Of a stretch of DNA of 64,000 bases, positions 12,082 through 23,957 are shown one piece after another. The notes under the pieces were generated by a model that was not told the origin of the DNA, did no database searches, and saw only the letters and a program-made list of their open reading frames with translations. The DNA comes from Chiloscyllium plagiosum (Eukaryota). Positions within the stretch are counted from its first letter, which is position 1. Every line of letters begins with the position of its first letter. The stretch lies in the NCBI RefSeq assembly GCF_004010195.1, contig NC_057728.1:48038043-48102042 (forward strand). The letters run 5' to 3'. A program made the position numbers and the translations under genes.

Positions 12082-14151
12082 GTAAGATTCTTTATCTTAA
12101 TTGTGCATTTTGCAATTAAATGGCATATTCTGGTTTGAAAAACTACTCAAGTCTTTTGTGGTTGTAATTAGTGCTTATTGTGTAATTTACATGATTAATC
12201 ACACATGTACATTAATAATTTCTTTCATACTGCTGTTTTGAGAGAAGTTTCTGCATGTCTTTTCTATATATGTGCTTAGGAATGTTCAAAACTGTCTTCT
12301 ATGAAAATTGTGAGTCAATAAAAATATCTAATTGATTTTCACTTAAAGGCTTTGGGGTGGCAACTTGTCTTGAACTTAAACACAACATAGTATCAGGTTC
12401 TGCATAAACGTCATCCAATCCTTCAACAAGTTGTCCAAGTTGAATTTCACCTCCTTTGCATTTTAAACATTTCAGTGCTATGGCTCCAAGATCCTATTAT
12501 TTGGTGGAAAAGACAGTAGGAAGGAGAAAGTTGAAATGTATGGTCCGGTATTATAACAGGAACTGGGTGGCATGAGGGATAGTTTTTATTGGTGATGGTG
12601 GTGGTGATTAGATGGTTTCTGCAGGAGCAGGAATATTGAGAGAGAGATCATGAAAGGGCTGATATCATGGGGGGACATTTGAGGAAGGAGAAAGGGGCTG
12701 CCAGTGGAAAGGGATAAGGCATCAATCGTTATTGGAGGAAAGTGTGTTTTAAACAGGGAGTGTAGAGGGTGAAAGAGTGAAGGGAAAAAATTTAGACCCA
12801 CCATCTTTTTCAAAATTGTTTTTCAACAGAAGACCTTTCAGAGGATGGACTGGGAGGGATCCTGAGATCTGTTTGTATGTGTTTCTATACAACTCAAGCA
12901 CACCCAACTGAAAGAAATGAAACAGGAACTGAAAAATATTATTGTGTGAGTGCTTAGTTAAGGCCTTTTCTGAAGGCATGCCTTCACTGAAGAATAAAGG
13001 CAAAGAGACTCTTTCAGCTCTAAACATCAACATCCCAACCATGTCCCATTATTCATTCACTTTTGACCAGGAGGGTAGCTAAGAATCAACAGTGTAATGG
13101 TGTTGAGGTTATCCACATTCATATCACAGGAACATTTACGGCCTGTACATCTGAAAGTTCAGGAGAAGGGGATGAAACTAACACACAGGCTATAGATTCC
13201 ACAGTTGGAAGACTTTTATCTCAGGGAATGGATAATGAAAGCCACCAAGTGTCAGCCAGTACTACCACATACTTGGAAAGCAATGTAAAGATCAAGGCCA
13301 CAGTGGAGAAATTCAGTCATGGGTCATTGAGGAATTACTTTATCATGTAGACATAGCAGTAGGGCAGACTTTCACCCAAGACAGGAGCAGCTTGATACAA
13401 GCCCAAAAGGGTGCTTGGCAATACCAAAGTCTCAACTGGAAAATGTGCATCTCATTCCTAATATTTCCTCATGTACTTCAATGCCAAATGTTTGACCACC
13501 TTAACCAACAGGTATACTAGATTTTCAAAGGTTGAGACCATGCACCCAGAATGACTCCAAAGCTCTTTAATCTTTCTCTTCCTACTCTTATCTTGCTGCC
13601 ACCTTGGCAGCCGCAGCTGTGTTTGAGGAATGCTGTACACTGCTTTGCCATGTTGAATTTTGTGGGCATTCTATATTGAGCCTAGAGAGCATCCTGCCTG
13701 CTGTGCGTCTCCTGCAAATGAGTTGCTGCAACCTCCTTGGCCTACCCTAATGGAAAGGTTTGGGTCTCTGGTAGAGGGCAAGTGGGGCCACAAATCACTT
13801 CCTAAGATTCCAATCCTCTTTGCTTGCCTGTCACTCCACCTCCTTGTTGGTGCAAAATGGCATCTCCCTCTCTCATTTGCACTGGGCTCAGTAACAGTCC
13901 TCTGATAGTCAGAGCCCTTGATTGTCTCTTCCTTCTTCAGCTATGGTCAGTGCTGTGCCCACTAGAATGTGACCCTGAGCCATCTATAGATAGCTCAGAA
14001 GTGAATGACTCTGCGTTTATGGAGGATGGGAGGGAAGGCCTTAATGGTGCATCCTCAGAGCCTCATGAGTGCTCTTCCTCCAAGCTTTGCTGTGAAGGGT
14101 CAGTAGAGATGAGCCTAAGGGCTGGGGCTATTTTTCTTTTGGCCCTGCTTT

Positions 14152-17134
14152 GAAGTTGATCTGGAGACCGCACCAAAAATGGGAAATTTGCTGTTGCTAT
14201 TCGGGTGGGTTTAAACTAGCTCAGCAAGGGGATGGGAACCTGAGGTGTAGTTCCAGGGCACAGGAGGATGAGAGTAGGAAGGGCATGGTCAGGATTTCAT
14301 GGTCACAGGAATGTGCTGGCAGACAGCAAGTTGGTTTGTAGTGTGTCTACTTCAATGCCAGAAGTATCCGAAATAAGGTAGGTGATCTTGCAGCATGGAT
14401 AGGTACCTGGGACTTCGATATTATGGCCATTTCAGAGACTTGGATAGAGCAGGGTTAGGAATGGATGTTGCAGGTTCCAGGGTTTAGATCTTCCATTAAG
14501 AACAGGGAAAAGGATAAAAGAAGGGGAGGGGTGGCCTTGTTAGTCAAGGACAGTATAACGGCAGCTGAAAGAATTTTTGACGAGGACTTGTCTACTGAGG
14601 TGGTATGGCCTGAGGTTAGAAACAGGAGAGGAGAGATCACACTGCTTGGAGTTTTTTATATGCCTCCGCAGAGCTCCAGGGATGTGGAGAGGATCGACAA
14701 AACGATTCTGGGTTGGAGTGAAAGGAACAGGGTGGTCATTATGGGGGTCTTTAACTTCCCCAAAATTGACTGGAAATGCTATAACTTTAGTATTTGTCCA
14801 ATGTGTGCAGGACGGTTTCCTGACACAGTATGTCGAAGGGCTAACGAGAGGAGGCCACATTAGATCTGGTGCTTGGTAATGAACCAGGCCAGGTGTTTGA
14901 TTTAGTTGTAGGTGAGCACTTTGGAGAGAGTAACCATAATACAGTTACATTTAGTTTAGCGATGGAAAGGGATGGATACATGCCGCAGGGCAAGAGTTAT
15001 CGATGGCGGAACGGCAATTATAATGTAATTAGGCAAGATTTATGATGCATAGAATGGGTAGCAAAATGCATGGATGGGGACAATCGAAATGTGGAGCTGG
15101 TTTAAGGAACAGATATTGCGTGTCCTTGACAGATATGTCCCTGTCAGGCATGGAGGAAGTGATAAGGTAAGGGAACCATGGTTTACTAAAGAAATTGCAT
15201 TTCTAGTTAAGCGGAAGAAGGAGGATTATGTGATATTGAGACGAGATGGTTCAGGTGAGGCGATGAAGAGTTACAGATTAGCTAGGAAGGATTTAAAGAG
15301 AGAGAGTTAAGAAGAGTAAGGAGAGGACATGAGCAGTCTTTAGCAGGTAGAATAAAGGAGAACCTTAAAGCTTTCTATAGGTATGTGAGGAATAAAAGGA
15401 TGACTAGGGTAGGAATAGGGCCAGACAAAGACAGAAATGGGAAGTTGTGTGTGGACCCTGTGGAGATCGGAGAGGTGCTAAACGAACATTTATCATCGGT
15501 TTTCATTCAGGAAAAGGAGAATATTGTAGAAGAGAAGAATGAGATACGGGATATTAGACTAAAAAGAATCAAGGTTAGTAAGGAAAAGGTATTATCAATT
15601 ATAGAAGGAATGAAAGTAGACAAGTCTCCTGGGATGGATAGGATTTATCCAAAGATTCTCTGGGAAGCTAGGGAGGAGATGTTAGAGCCTTTGGCCTTGA
15701 TCTTTCAGTCTTCATTGTCTACAGGTTTAGTACCAGAGGACTGGAGGATTACACATGTTGTGTCCTTGTTCAAGAAGGGCAGTAGAGATGACCCAGATGA
15801 GCCTTACGTCTGTTGTAGGCAAAGGTTTGGAAAGGATTATACGAGATAGGATTTATAATCATCTAACAAGCAACAATTTGATTGCAGATGGTCAACATGG
15901 TTTCGTCAAGGGCAGGTCATGTCTCACAAACCTCATTGAGTTTTTTGAGAAGGTGACTAACCATGTGGATGAGGGTAGGGCAGCTGACATGGTGTACATG
16001 AACTTCAGTTAAGCTTTTGATAAGGTTTCACATGGTTGGCTATTGGAGAAAATGCAGAGGCATGGGATTGAGGGGGATTTAGCAGTTTGGATTAGAAACT
16101 TGCTTTCTGTAAAAAGGCAGCTAAGTGGCGGTTGATGGAAAATATTCAGCCTGGTGTGCCACAACAATCTGTTTTCAGACCACTGCTGATTGTAATTTTT
16201 ATAAATGATTTGGACGCAGGCAAGGTGGATGGTTTAGTAAGTTTGCAGATGACGCTAAATTTGGTGGAGTAGTGGACAGTTCGGAAGAATGTTACTGGTT
16301 GCAGGGGGACTTGGATAAACTGCAGAATTGGGCTGAGAGGTGGCATATGAAGTTCAATGCAGCTAAATATGAGGTGATTTAGTTTGGTAAGAATAACAGG
16401 AAGGCAGAATACTGGGTCAATGGAAAGATTCTTGGTAGTGTAGATGTACAGAGGGATCTTGGAGTCCCTGTACATAGATCCCTGAAAGTTGCCACCCAGG
16501 TTGATAGTGCTGTTAAGAAGGCATATGGTGTGTTACATTTTATTGATAGAGGGATTGAATTCTGGAGCCATAATGCAACTATACAAAATGCTAGTATGGC
16601 CACACTTGGAATATTATGTACAATTCTGGTTGCCCCATTTCAAGAAGGATGTGGAAGCACTGGAAAAGGTGCAGAGGAGATTTACAAGGATGTTGCCTGA
16701 TCTGGAGGGAAGGTCTTATGAGGAAGGGCTGAGAGATTTGGGTCTGTTTTCTTTGGAGTGAAGAAGGCTAAGAGGGGATTTGATAGACACATACAAGATG
16801 ATCAAAGGATTAGATAGGGTAGACAGTGAAAGTCTTTTTCCTAGGATGATGACATCAGCTTGTACGAGGGGGCATAGCTACTAATTGAGGGGTGATCGAT
16901 TTAAGGCAGATGTGAGAGAAAGGTTCTTTATTCAGAGAGTGGTAAGGGCTTGGAATGCCCTGCCTGCTAATGTAGTTAACTCAGCCACATTAGGGGCATT
17001 TAAACAATCCTTGAATAAGTATATGGATGATGATGCGATAGTGTAGGGGGATGGGCTTAGATTAGTTCACAGGTCCGTGCAAAATCAAGGGCTGACAGGT
17101 CTGTTCTGCACTGTATTGTTCTATATTCTATGTT
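14152..17134 (+). mobile_element. CR1-clade LINE with near-complete but disrupted ORF2 (APE endonuclease + RT)
   Basis: YFNARSIRNK...AISETW near 14350, RGGGVALLVKD, QHGFVKGRSCLTNLIEFF and [13 protein letters not shown], with many stops and frameshifts. (TTCTAT)-like tail. Confidence 0.93.
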
Positions 17135-18146
17135 TTAAATGTGCTGTTTGTCAGCCATCAACTTTACCTGAGGTTTTAGTAAGACATTGCTGCTTGATGT
17201 GCAGCTGGCAGTAGCTCCTTGGCTGGCTTCTCACTAGATGGCTGTAGATATCCAATCTGCTCTTCAGCATGGGTACCTTGCCTTGGTCTTCCGCTAGGTT
17301 AAGGACCTGAAAGTGGTAAGGATCTGTATGAAACTTGACCCCCCCTGCTCCTGTATATGCACATTCACTCTGGTTGCCAATGTTCTTCCTCTGCTATAGG
17401 ACAGGGCCATTTAGCGAAATTAACATGGGCATACGATTACTTAGTCTGCACTGATAGGTACAGAAGGAGCTGTGTTACCTGTGTATGTTACTATTTAGGA
17501 GAATATGGTTTAGTGGAAATTAGGAGTTAAAGGGTTCAGATTGAAAAATTGTTCACAGTCATCTAAATTATTATGCATATAAAATGTGTGAAATATATAT
17601 ATAAATATATGATGATATTTGGGGAGATGGTGCATTGGTCATAATGCAATCTCGAATCCCAGGCAAATGTTCTAAGCATACAGGTTCAAATCACACCATG
17701 ACAAATGGGGAAATTTGAATTCAATAAAATCTGGAATAACGAGCCAGCCTAATGATATCTATGTAACCACCATCAATGGCCATTCAAAAAAAAACACCCA
17801 TTTGGTTCACTAATGTCCTTTAGGGACAAAGTCTTTGCACAAAGTAGTGTTGAAGTAATGTGATGGAAGGACTTATTTAGGCAAAACTATGTAGAATTTA
17901 ACCTAATAAGTGCCTTCCAACACTTATACTTCACTTGAGCCCCTTGCTATCCTTCCAAATTTCACTCAAAGCTCTTTATTTACTTTTTCCTCAACTGCTT
18001 TTCTAGTTTCCCTTAAATGCTTCTGTTCAGTGTGCTTCCTGAGTCTTCATTCCACATTGCATTTGGTTGGCTAGAAAGACTGAATTAAATCATGTGTTTA
18101 GTCATTCAACTTTTCCATAACTAAGTGTTATTTTTACATTTATCAG

Positions 18147-18409
18147 TTTCTATACAGGTTGAAGGAAAAGCTTCATTTTCAAATCAACCAGGATAAACAA
18201 CAGCATCAGTCAATCAATCTTTCCTCTATTCCTGTGCAGCAGTCACAGCCAGAGGTTAAAATTGCAAACAGTATGGTACAGCCTGGCTCTCTTTCTGGCA
18301 CTGTAAGTGTTAACATTGATCCCCAGGGTCGGCCTGCACCAGAAATCAAGCCATGTGTTTCTTCTGGTCCCTCACCATTCAAAATGAAGTCAGCTTGTCT
18401 TCAAGAAAG
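18147..18409 (+). CDS. PTPRR: PTPRR internal coding exon, juxtamembrane region and start of kinase-interaction motif (equivalent to human exon 6)
   Basis: TTTATCAG acceptor, GTAAAT donor. The 263 nt (ending phase 2) read FLYRLKEK...SMVQP...DPQGRPAPEIK...PSPFKMKSACLQE(R), versus recalled human ILYRLKER...SMVQP...DPQGRGAPEIK...PSPFKMKPIGLQER. Confidence 0.95.
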
Positions 18410-19808
18410 GTAAATTATACAAAATTTTATAAAAGTGAAAATATGAGATGAAACATTGTATTACCTTCACTAAGGCCTGCTTCGAAAAGAATGAAAATTA
18501 ACACTAAGCATCAGTTGCAAGTGGGTTACTGAACTGGGTAAATAATTAGCATAAATGTTTATTCATTTATTTTGCAGTAGCATGACAAATTTGGCTTTAA
18601 TTAGGTGCATAACTAAAATATTTGTGACTGTGGAGGTAAATGCGAGGTTAGCTTTGATCTAATGTATCCAATATCTTTAGAGAATAAATAAATGGGCAGT
18701 AGAAATTTGTATGACACAACACAGAATATGGTGGATGTATATGCATTGACATTAATTGTAACAGTGTGGACTTATCACTTGGATAGTCAAACATTGATGA
18801 AATAAGGTACTGCTTGATGTAAACCCCAATTTTAAAAGTTGGGAGAGGTGCAGTGCTCACAAACCCTAAACAGACAGCTCATGTGGGGAGTCCAGGATCT
18901 GGAAATCTGAGTGATGTGAAGGACAAGGCCTCAGTTATGTAAATATTCAAGGAGTCCTGCGCTCATGTTGGTCAAATCCATTATCTGGTTGGTGAGTGAG
19001 AGTAGGGATTTGGTGACAGACAGTCAGAAATGTGGAAACAGTCCCAGCAGTCAGTTAAAGGTGAGTTCAGAGTGGAAGGTGGTTCTGTCTATGGTTGCAA
19101 AAGAGGAGGAAGTGTTTGCAAAATCTGAGTTGTCTTTGTGATACCTAAAGGAGCAATTCTGATCTTCTTGACACATTAAGATGAAACTTTTCACATTGAC
19201 CAATGATTGTAGCAATGATGAAGTTAATACATCTGTTACAACATAATCAACAGGTTAAATTTTTTTGAGTATTTTACATGGAAGTAACAGCATAGGAGTA
19301 GAAATCCTTCTCTATTCCATTGTTTCAAAACTGATGTTGCTCCAAGTCCTGGTAAAGTGTAAAGTCAGTGACAACACCTTTGAACTTCTGTACATTTTCT
19401 CAATAATCTGTACATGTGTGAGCTCCTGATTTTTCTGTGGAGTATTAACAGTGAATTGTAACACTCGCATCAACCAACCCCACTGCCCAGCAGCTGAACA
19501 CTTCAACTCCCCCTCCCACTCTGCCAAGGACATGCACATCCTGGGTGTCTTCCATCGCCACTCCCTAACCGCACAACACCTGGAGGAAGAACACCTCATC
19601 TTCCGCCTCAGGACCGTCCAATCCATGGCATCAATGTGGAGTTCACCATTTTCCTCATTTCCCCTCCCCCACCTTACCCCAGTTCCAACCTTCTAGCTCA
19701 GCACCATTCTCATGACCTGTCCCATCTGTCCGTATTCCTTTTCATCTAGCCGCTTCACCCCCCCCCCCCCCCCATCACTTTACCCCCACCCCCCTCCACC
19801 TATCGCAC

Positions 19809-20491
19809 NNNNNNNNNNNNNNNNNNNNNNNNNNNNNNNNNNNNNNNNNNNNNNNNNNNNNNNNNNNNNNNNNNNNNNNNNNNNNNNNNNNNNNNNNNNN
19901 NNNNNNNNNNNNNNNNNNNNNNNNNNNNNNNNNNNNNNNNNNNNNNNNNNNNNNNNNNNNNNNNNNNNNNNNNNNNNNNNNNNNNNNNNNNNNNNNNNNN
20001 NNNNNNNNNNNNNNNNNNNNNNNNNNNNNNNNNNNNNNNNNNNNNNNNNNNNNNNNNNNNNNNNNNNNNNNNNNNNNNNNNNNNNNNNNNNNNNNNNNNN
20101 NNNNNNNNNNNNNNNNNNNNNNNNNNNNNNNNNNNNNNNNNNNNNNNNNNNNNNNNNNNNNNNNNNNNNNNNNNNNNNNNNNNNNNNNNNNNNNNNNNNN
20201 NNNNNNNNNNNNNNNNNNNNNNNNNNNNNNNNNNNNNNNNNNNNNNNNNNNNNNNNNNNNNNNNNNNNNNNNNNNNNNNNNNNNNNNNNNNNNNNNNNNN
20301 NNNNNNNNNNNNNNNNNNNNNNNNNNNNNNNNNNNNNNNNNNNNNNNNNNNNNNNNNNNNNNNNNNNNNNNNNNNNNNNNNNNNNNNNNNNNNNNNNNNN
20401 NNNNNNNNNNNNNNNNNNNNNNNNNNNNNNNNNNNNNNNNNNNNNNNNNNNNNNNNNNNNNNNNNNNNNNNNNNNNNNNNNNNNNNNNNNN
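19809..20491. other. Assembly gap (others at 31199-31821, 37350-37774, 47554-48097, 57702-57822)
   Basis: Runs of N, all flanked by repeat sequence. Confidence 0.99.
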
Positions 20492-20980
20492 TGCTGCCTG
20501 TCCCGAAGTCCACCTTGGAGGATGGTCACCCAAAGGTCCGAGGCTGAATGTCCTGGATCACTGAAGTGTTCCCCAACTGGGAGGGAACCCTCCTGTCTGT
20601 TGATTGTTGTGCGGTGCCCATTCATCCGTTGTTGTAGCCTTTGCTCAGTTTCCCCAATGTACCATGCCTCCGGGCATCCTTGCCTGCAAACATATAAGAT
20701 AGACAGCGTTGGCTGAGTCACATGAGTACCTGCCATGTACAAGGTGAGAGGTGTCCCCACGCGTAATGGTGGTATCTATGTCCAGACTCTGACATGTCTT
20801 GCAGCGTCTACCATGATAGGGTTGTATGGAGTTGTCCTGAGAGTCGGGCAGCTTGCTACGAACAACGATCTGTTGAGGTTTGGCGGTTGTTTAAAGGCAA
20901 GTAGTGGAGGTGTGGGGAAGGTCTTGGTGAGGTGCTCATCCTCATTGATAATGTGCTGCAGGTCACGAAGAAAATGGCGT
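20492..20980 (-). mobile_element. Nested Penelope-like fragment of a different family, GIY-YIG endonuclease remnant
   Basis: CRQGCPEAWYIGETEQRLQQRMNGHR...PVGEHFS and FPTPPLLAFKQPPNL, typical of the PLE linker and GIY-YIG region. Confidence 0.88.
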
Positions 20981-21885
20981 AATTTCCTGATGAAGGGATT
21001 TTGCCCGAAACGTTGATTTTCGTGCTCCTTGGATGCTGCTTGACCTGCTGTGCTTTTCCAGCACCAAACTCTTGACTCTAATCTCCAGCATCTGCAGTAC
21101 TCACTTTTGCCTAGTGAATTGTGACAGCTTGGACACCAATACCAGTGCAACATCCTACTCCTTATGCCTTTAGAACGGGAAATGCTTGAATTATATTTCT
21201 GCCAGCAAAGATTGCCTTGCAGCATCTTAGAGTAGATTCTCACCTTCTGAATGCACCACCCCCTCCCCCACCATCAGTAAAAGACTGCCAACAGTTCAAT
21301 GATGCCATTATCATGAAGGTCCATAGGGAAAGGACATTTGAACAGCTGAATCACTCCAATGAAAGCATTACAAACTGCAGTGAGATACAGCTGTAAATAA
21401 GTAGGTTAGAAATCTTTACTTTGAGGGTTCTGAGGGTTTAAAATTCATGATATAGTTATTTATTGAAGGTGAGATCATCAACATTTCAAAATAACTTGGC
21501 AAGCTGATTAAAGCTAAAAAGTTAATGGTATATGGTGGGCTTTTCAGATTAGTGTAAATGCAGAGAATAGTCACTATGCTGATTTGACAGTGTTGTGATT
21601 GTCATTTGCTGTAGTCATATCCAATCAATAATATTACCACAGAAATCAGAAGTTGCTGTCAGTTCCACAGGATAATGATGGTCAATGCTAATCATTTTAC
21701 GATAATTAAAACTATATAATCCAGGCCAATGAAGTAATACCCCAAAATACAAGGCTGAAATACATCTTGGTGATGTTAATTAAATTAAGTAATTTGACAG
21801 TTTTCTCAATACTATTTGTCATAGACATTATGTTGCGATTATGTCATTTTTATTTCCCATAATATTTTTCCACATATTTATTTTC

Positions 21886-22337
21886 TTGGATTGGAGGCTT
21901 TGAGCTATATGGTGAGGCTGAATAGGCTGGGGCTATTTTCTCCAGTGTATCAGAGGCTAAGGGGTGAACTTATAGAGATTTATAAAATCGTAAGGGGCAT
22001 GGATAGGGTGATTAGCAAAGTCTTTTTCCCAGGGTTGGGGAGTCCAAAACTCTAGAACATAGGTTTAAGGTGAAAGGGGAAAGATTTAGATGGGACCTGA
22101 GGGGTAGCTTTTACATGCAGAGGGTGGTGTACTGTTTGGAATAAGTTGCCAGAGGAAGTGGTGGAGATGGGTACAATTGCAAAAGGCATCTGGATTGGTA
22201 TATGAATAGGAAGGGTTTGGAGGGAAAAGGGCGAAATGCTGGCAAATGGGACTGCCTCAGTTTAGGATATCAGGTTGGCATTGACAAGTTGGACCAAAGG
22301 GTCTGTTTCTGTGCTTTACAGCTCTATTACTCTATAA
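21886..22337 (+). mobile_element. CR1 LINE 3' fragment
   Basis: Similar to the 3' ends of the other CR1 copies, with an (ACTCTAT)-like tail. Confidence 0.85.
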
Positions 22338-23031
22338 TGTCCTGAAAGATAAATTATACCATTTCTATTGATGTCTTATATCAGTCTTTATATGTCATTA
22401 ATGTAAGTTAGCTGTACTGAAATTGCTTTTGACTTTATCCTTGTTGTATAAAACTTTCATTTCAATGTGTATTTTGGAGCATGGTGCAATTTTTGGAAAC
22501 CATTCTCCAATCTTTATGTGAAGTACTGTTTTCATAATTAGTAAATCTGTAATGGGAATTGAATCTACACTCCTACAAAGTGCACACGTGCAGAACTGCT
22601 TTTCAAATGTCTAGGCCACACTGGCAGCTGGGACTTCTCCCTTGTGGATTGCGCAATGCTTTTGTTAAAGAAAATCATACCTATGTTAAAGTTTGCGCGT
22701 TCTTAACTAGTCCCTGTCAATTTGGATGTGTAACAGATTTCCTCAAAAATTAATTTTCTGAAGCTGAGGCTTTAGATTTGCTTGCAGTTAAATTGAATTG
22801 TGAGTGAATAGTTGAAGAGCCAACAGAGCTAACAAGCTATGGATGTGGTGTACATAGACTTCCAGAAGATGTTGAAGATAGTGCCTCACAACAGAGCTTT
22901 GAGGAAATTTATAGCTAATAGAATAATTGGAACAGTAGCAACATGGATACAAAATTGGCTGAGGGATAGGGAACAAAGAATAATGGTGAATGGATAGATT
23001 TTGAGCTGGAGCAAGGTTTTTAATAGAGTTC

Positions 23032-23250
23032 GTTGTTGAAACTTTATTGCTGGAACAGCACAGCAGGTCAGGCAGCATCCAGGGAACAGGAGATTCGACG
23101 TTTCGGGCACAGGCCCTTCTTCAGGAATGAGAAGGGCCTGTGCCCGAAACGTCGAATCTCCTGTTCCCTGGATGCTGCCTGACCTGCTGTGCTGTTCCAG
23201 CAATAAAGTTTCAACTTTGATCTCCAGCATCTGCAGACCTCACTTTCTCC
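23032..23250. mobile_element. Palindromic mini Penelope-like insertion (young family A subfamily)
   Basis: Perfect 86-bp inverted repeat 23035-23120 / 23130-23215 plus a 35-nt tail. 14-bp TSD TTTTAATAGAGTTC at 23018-23031 and 23251-23264. Confidence 0.92.
23093..23128 (-). ncRNA. Minimal type I hammerhead ribozyme motif, best-preserved family A copy
   Basis: Reverse complement reads AUUC-CUGAAGA-A-GGGC-CUGU-GCCC-GAAAC-GUC-GAAU: 4-bp stem I, 4-bp stem II, palindromic ACGU and GUC site. Confidence 0.75.
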
Positions 23251-23957
23251 TTTTAATAGAGTTCACAAGAGGTCCATTTTGGGGGCCCTTGCTTTTCTTG
23301 ATATATATTAATGAGCTAGATCATGGTGCACAGGGAACAGTTTTAAAGTTTGTGAGTGATACTTGGAAGCATTGTAAACTGTACGCAGAATAGTGTAAAA
23401 CCTCAGAAGGATATGGACCGTTTGGTGAAGTGGATGGTTAAATTGCAGATAAAGTTCATTGTGTGGAAGTGTGAGGCGATACATTTTCGAAAGAATGTTA
23501 AGAAATAAGGGCTGCTACCCTAAAGGATGTGCAGGAGAAGAGACGCCTGGGTGCATATACCCATAAATCAATGAAGGTGGTTGAACAGGGAATGTGAGCA
23601 GTTAATAAAGTGTGTACAGTATCCTCGGTTTTATGAGTAGAGGAAAAATTAGGAATGGTGTGAATGCATTGGAAAGGGTGCAGATAAGGTTAATCAAAAA
23701 TGAAGATATGAAGATAACTTGGAGAAGACGAGACTGTTTACCTTGGAGGGAAGAAGGCTAAGAGGAAACTGAATAGAAATTTTCAAAATCATAAGGGGTT
23801 ACACAAAGTAGGTATGGAGTAACTGTCCTCTCTCATAAATGATCAAGGATGAGAGGACACAGATATAAGGTAATTTGCATTATGTGATGTGATAAAAATC
23901 TTCATACTACATTACCTGGAAGTGGTGGGGGCAGATTAAATTAAGACATACGATAGG

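Larger units (their letters stand above)
19464..21112 (+). mobile_element. Penelope-like 3' fragment, family A, spanning an N-gap and interrupted by another PLE
   Basis: AEHFNSPSHS...LEEEHLIFRL GIY-YIG C-terminus. Hammerhead-like core at 20983-21018 followed by the tail. Flanks AGTGAATTGT at 19450-19459 and 21113-21122. Confidence 0.78.
22820..23945 (+). mobile_element. Old degenerate CR1 LINE fragment interrupted by a PLE palindrome
   Basis: GPLLFLIYINELD RT remnant and GATGTGGTGTACATAGACTTCCAGAAG motif. Confidence 0.75.

Noticed and set aside
12586..14150. Short ORFs in GC-richer segments (also 38780-39400, 47050-47430, 52865-53840, 59509-59818, 60870-61238)
   Set aside because: No recognisable domains; probably ancient repeat debris that I cannot classify without a library search.
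14152..17134. Potentially active CR1
   Set aside because: Numerous stops, frameshifts and deletions in ORF2.
18153..18158. Alternative acceptor TACAG 11 nt inside the exon
   Set aside because: Its use would shift the frame and lose the conserved LYR residues; the upstream AG at 18145-18146 fits the homology.
19712..20760. Long ORFs of 200-330 aa in the ORF track (also at 30911, 37317, 47387-48253, 57382-58030)
   Set aside because: Artefacts of translating through N-gaps.
23032..23250. Palindromic insertions as classical DNA-transposon MITEs, miRNA genes or CRISPR-like repeats
   Set aside because: The arms are the same sequence as PLE 3' ends adjoining GIY-YIG remnants, the TSDs are long and variable in length, and there is no repeat-spacer array.
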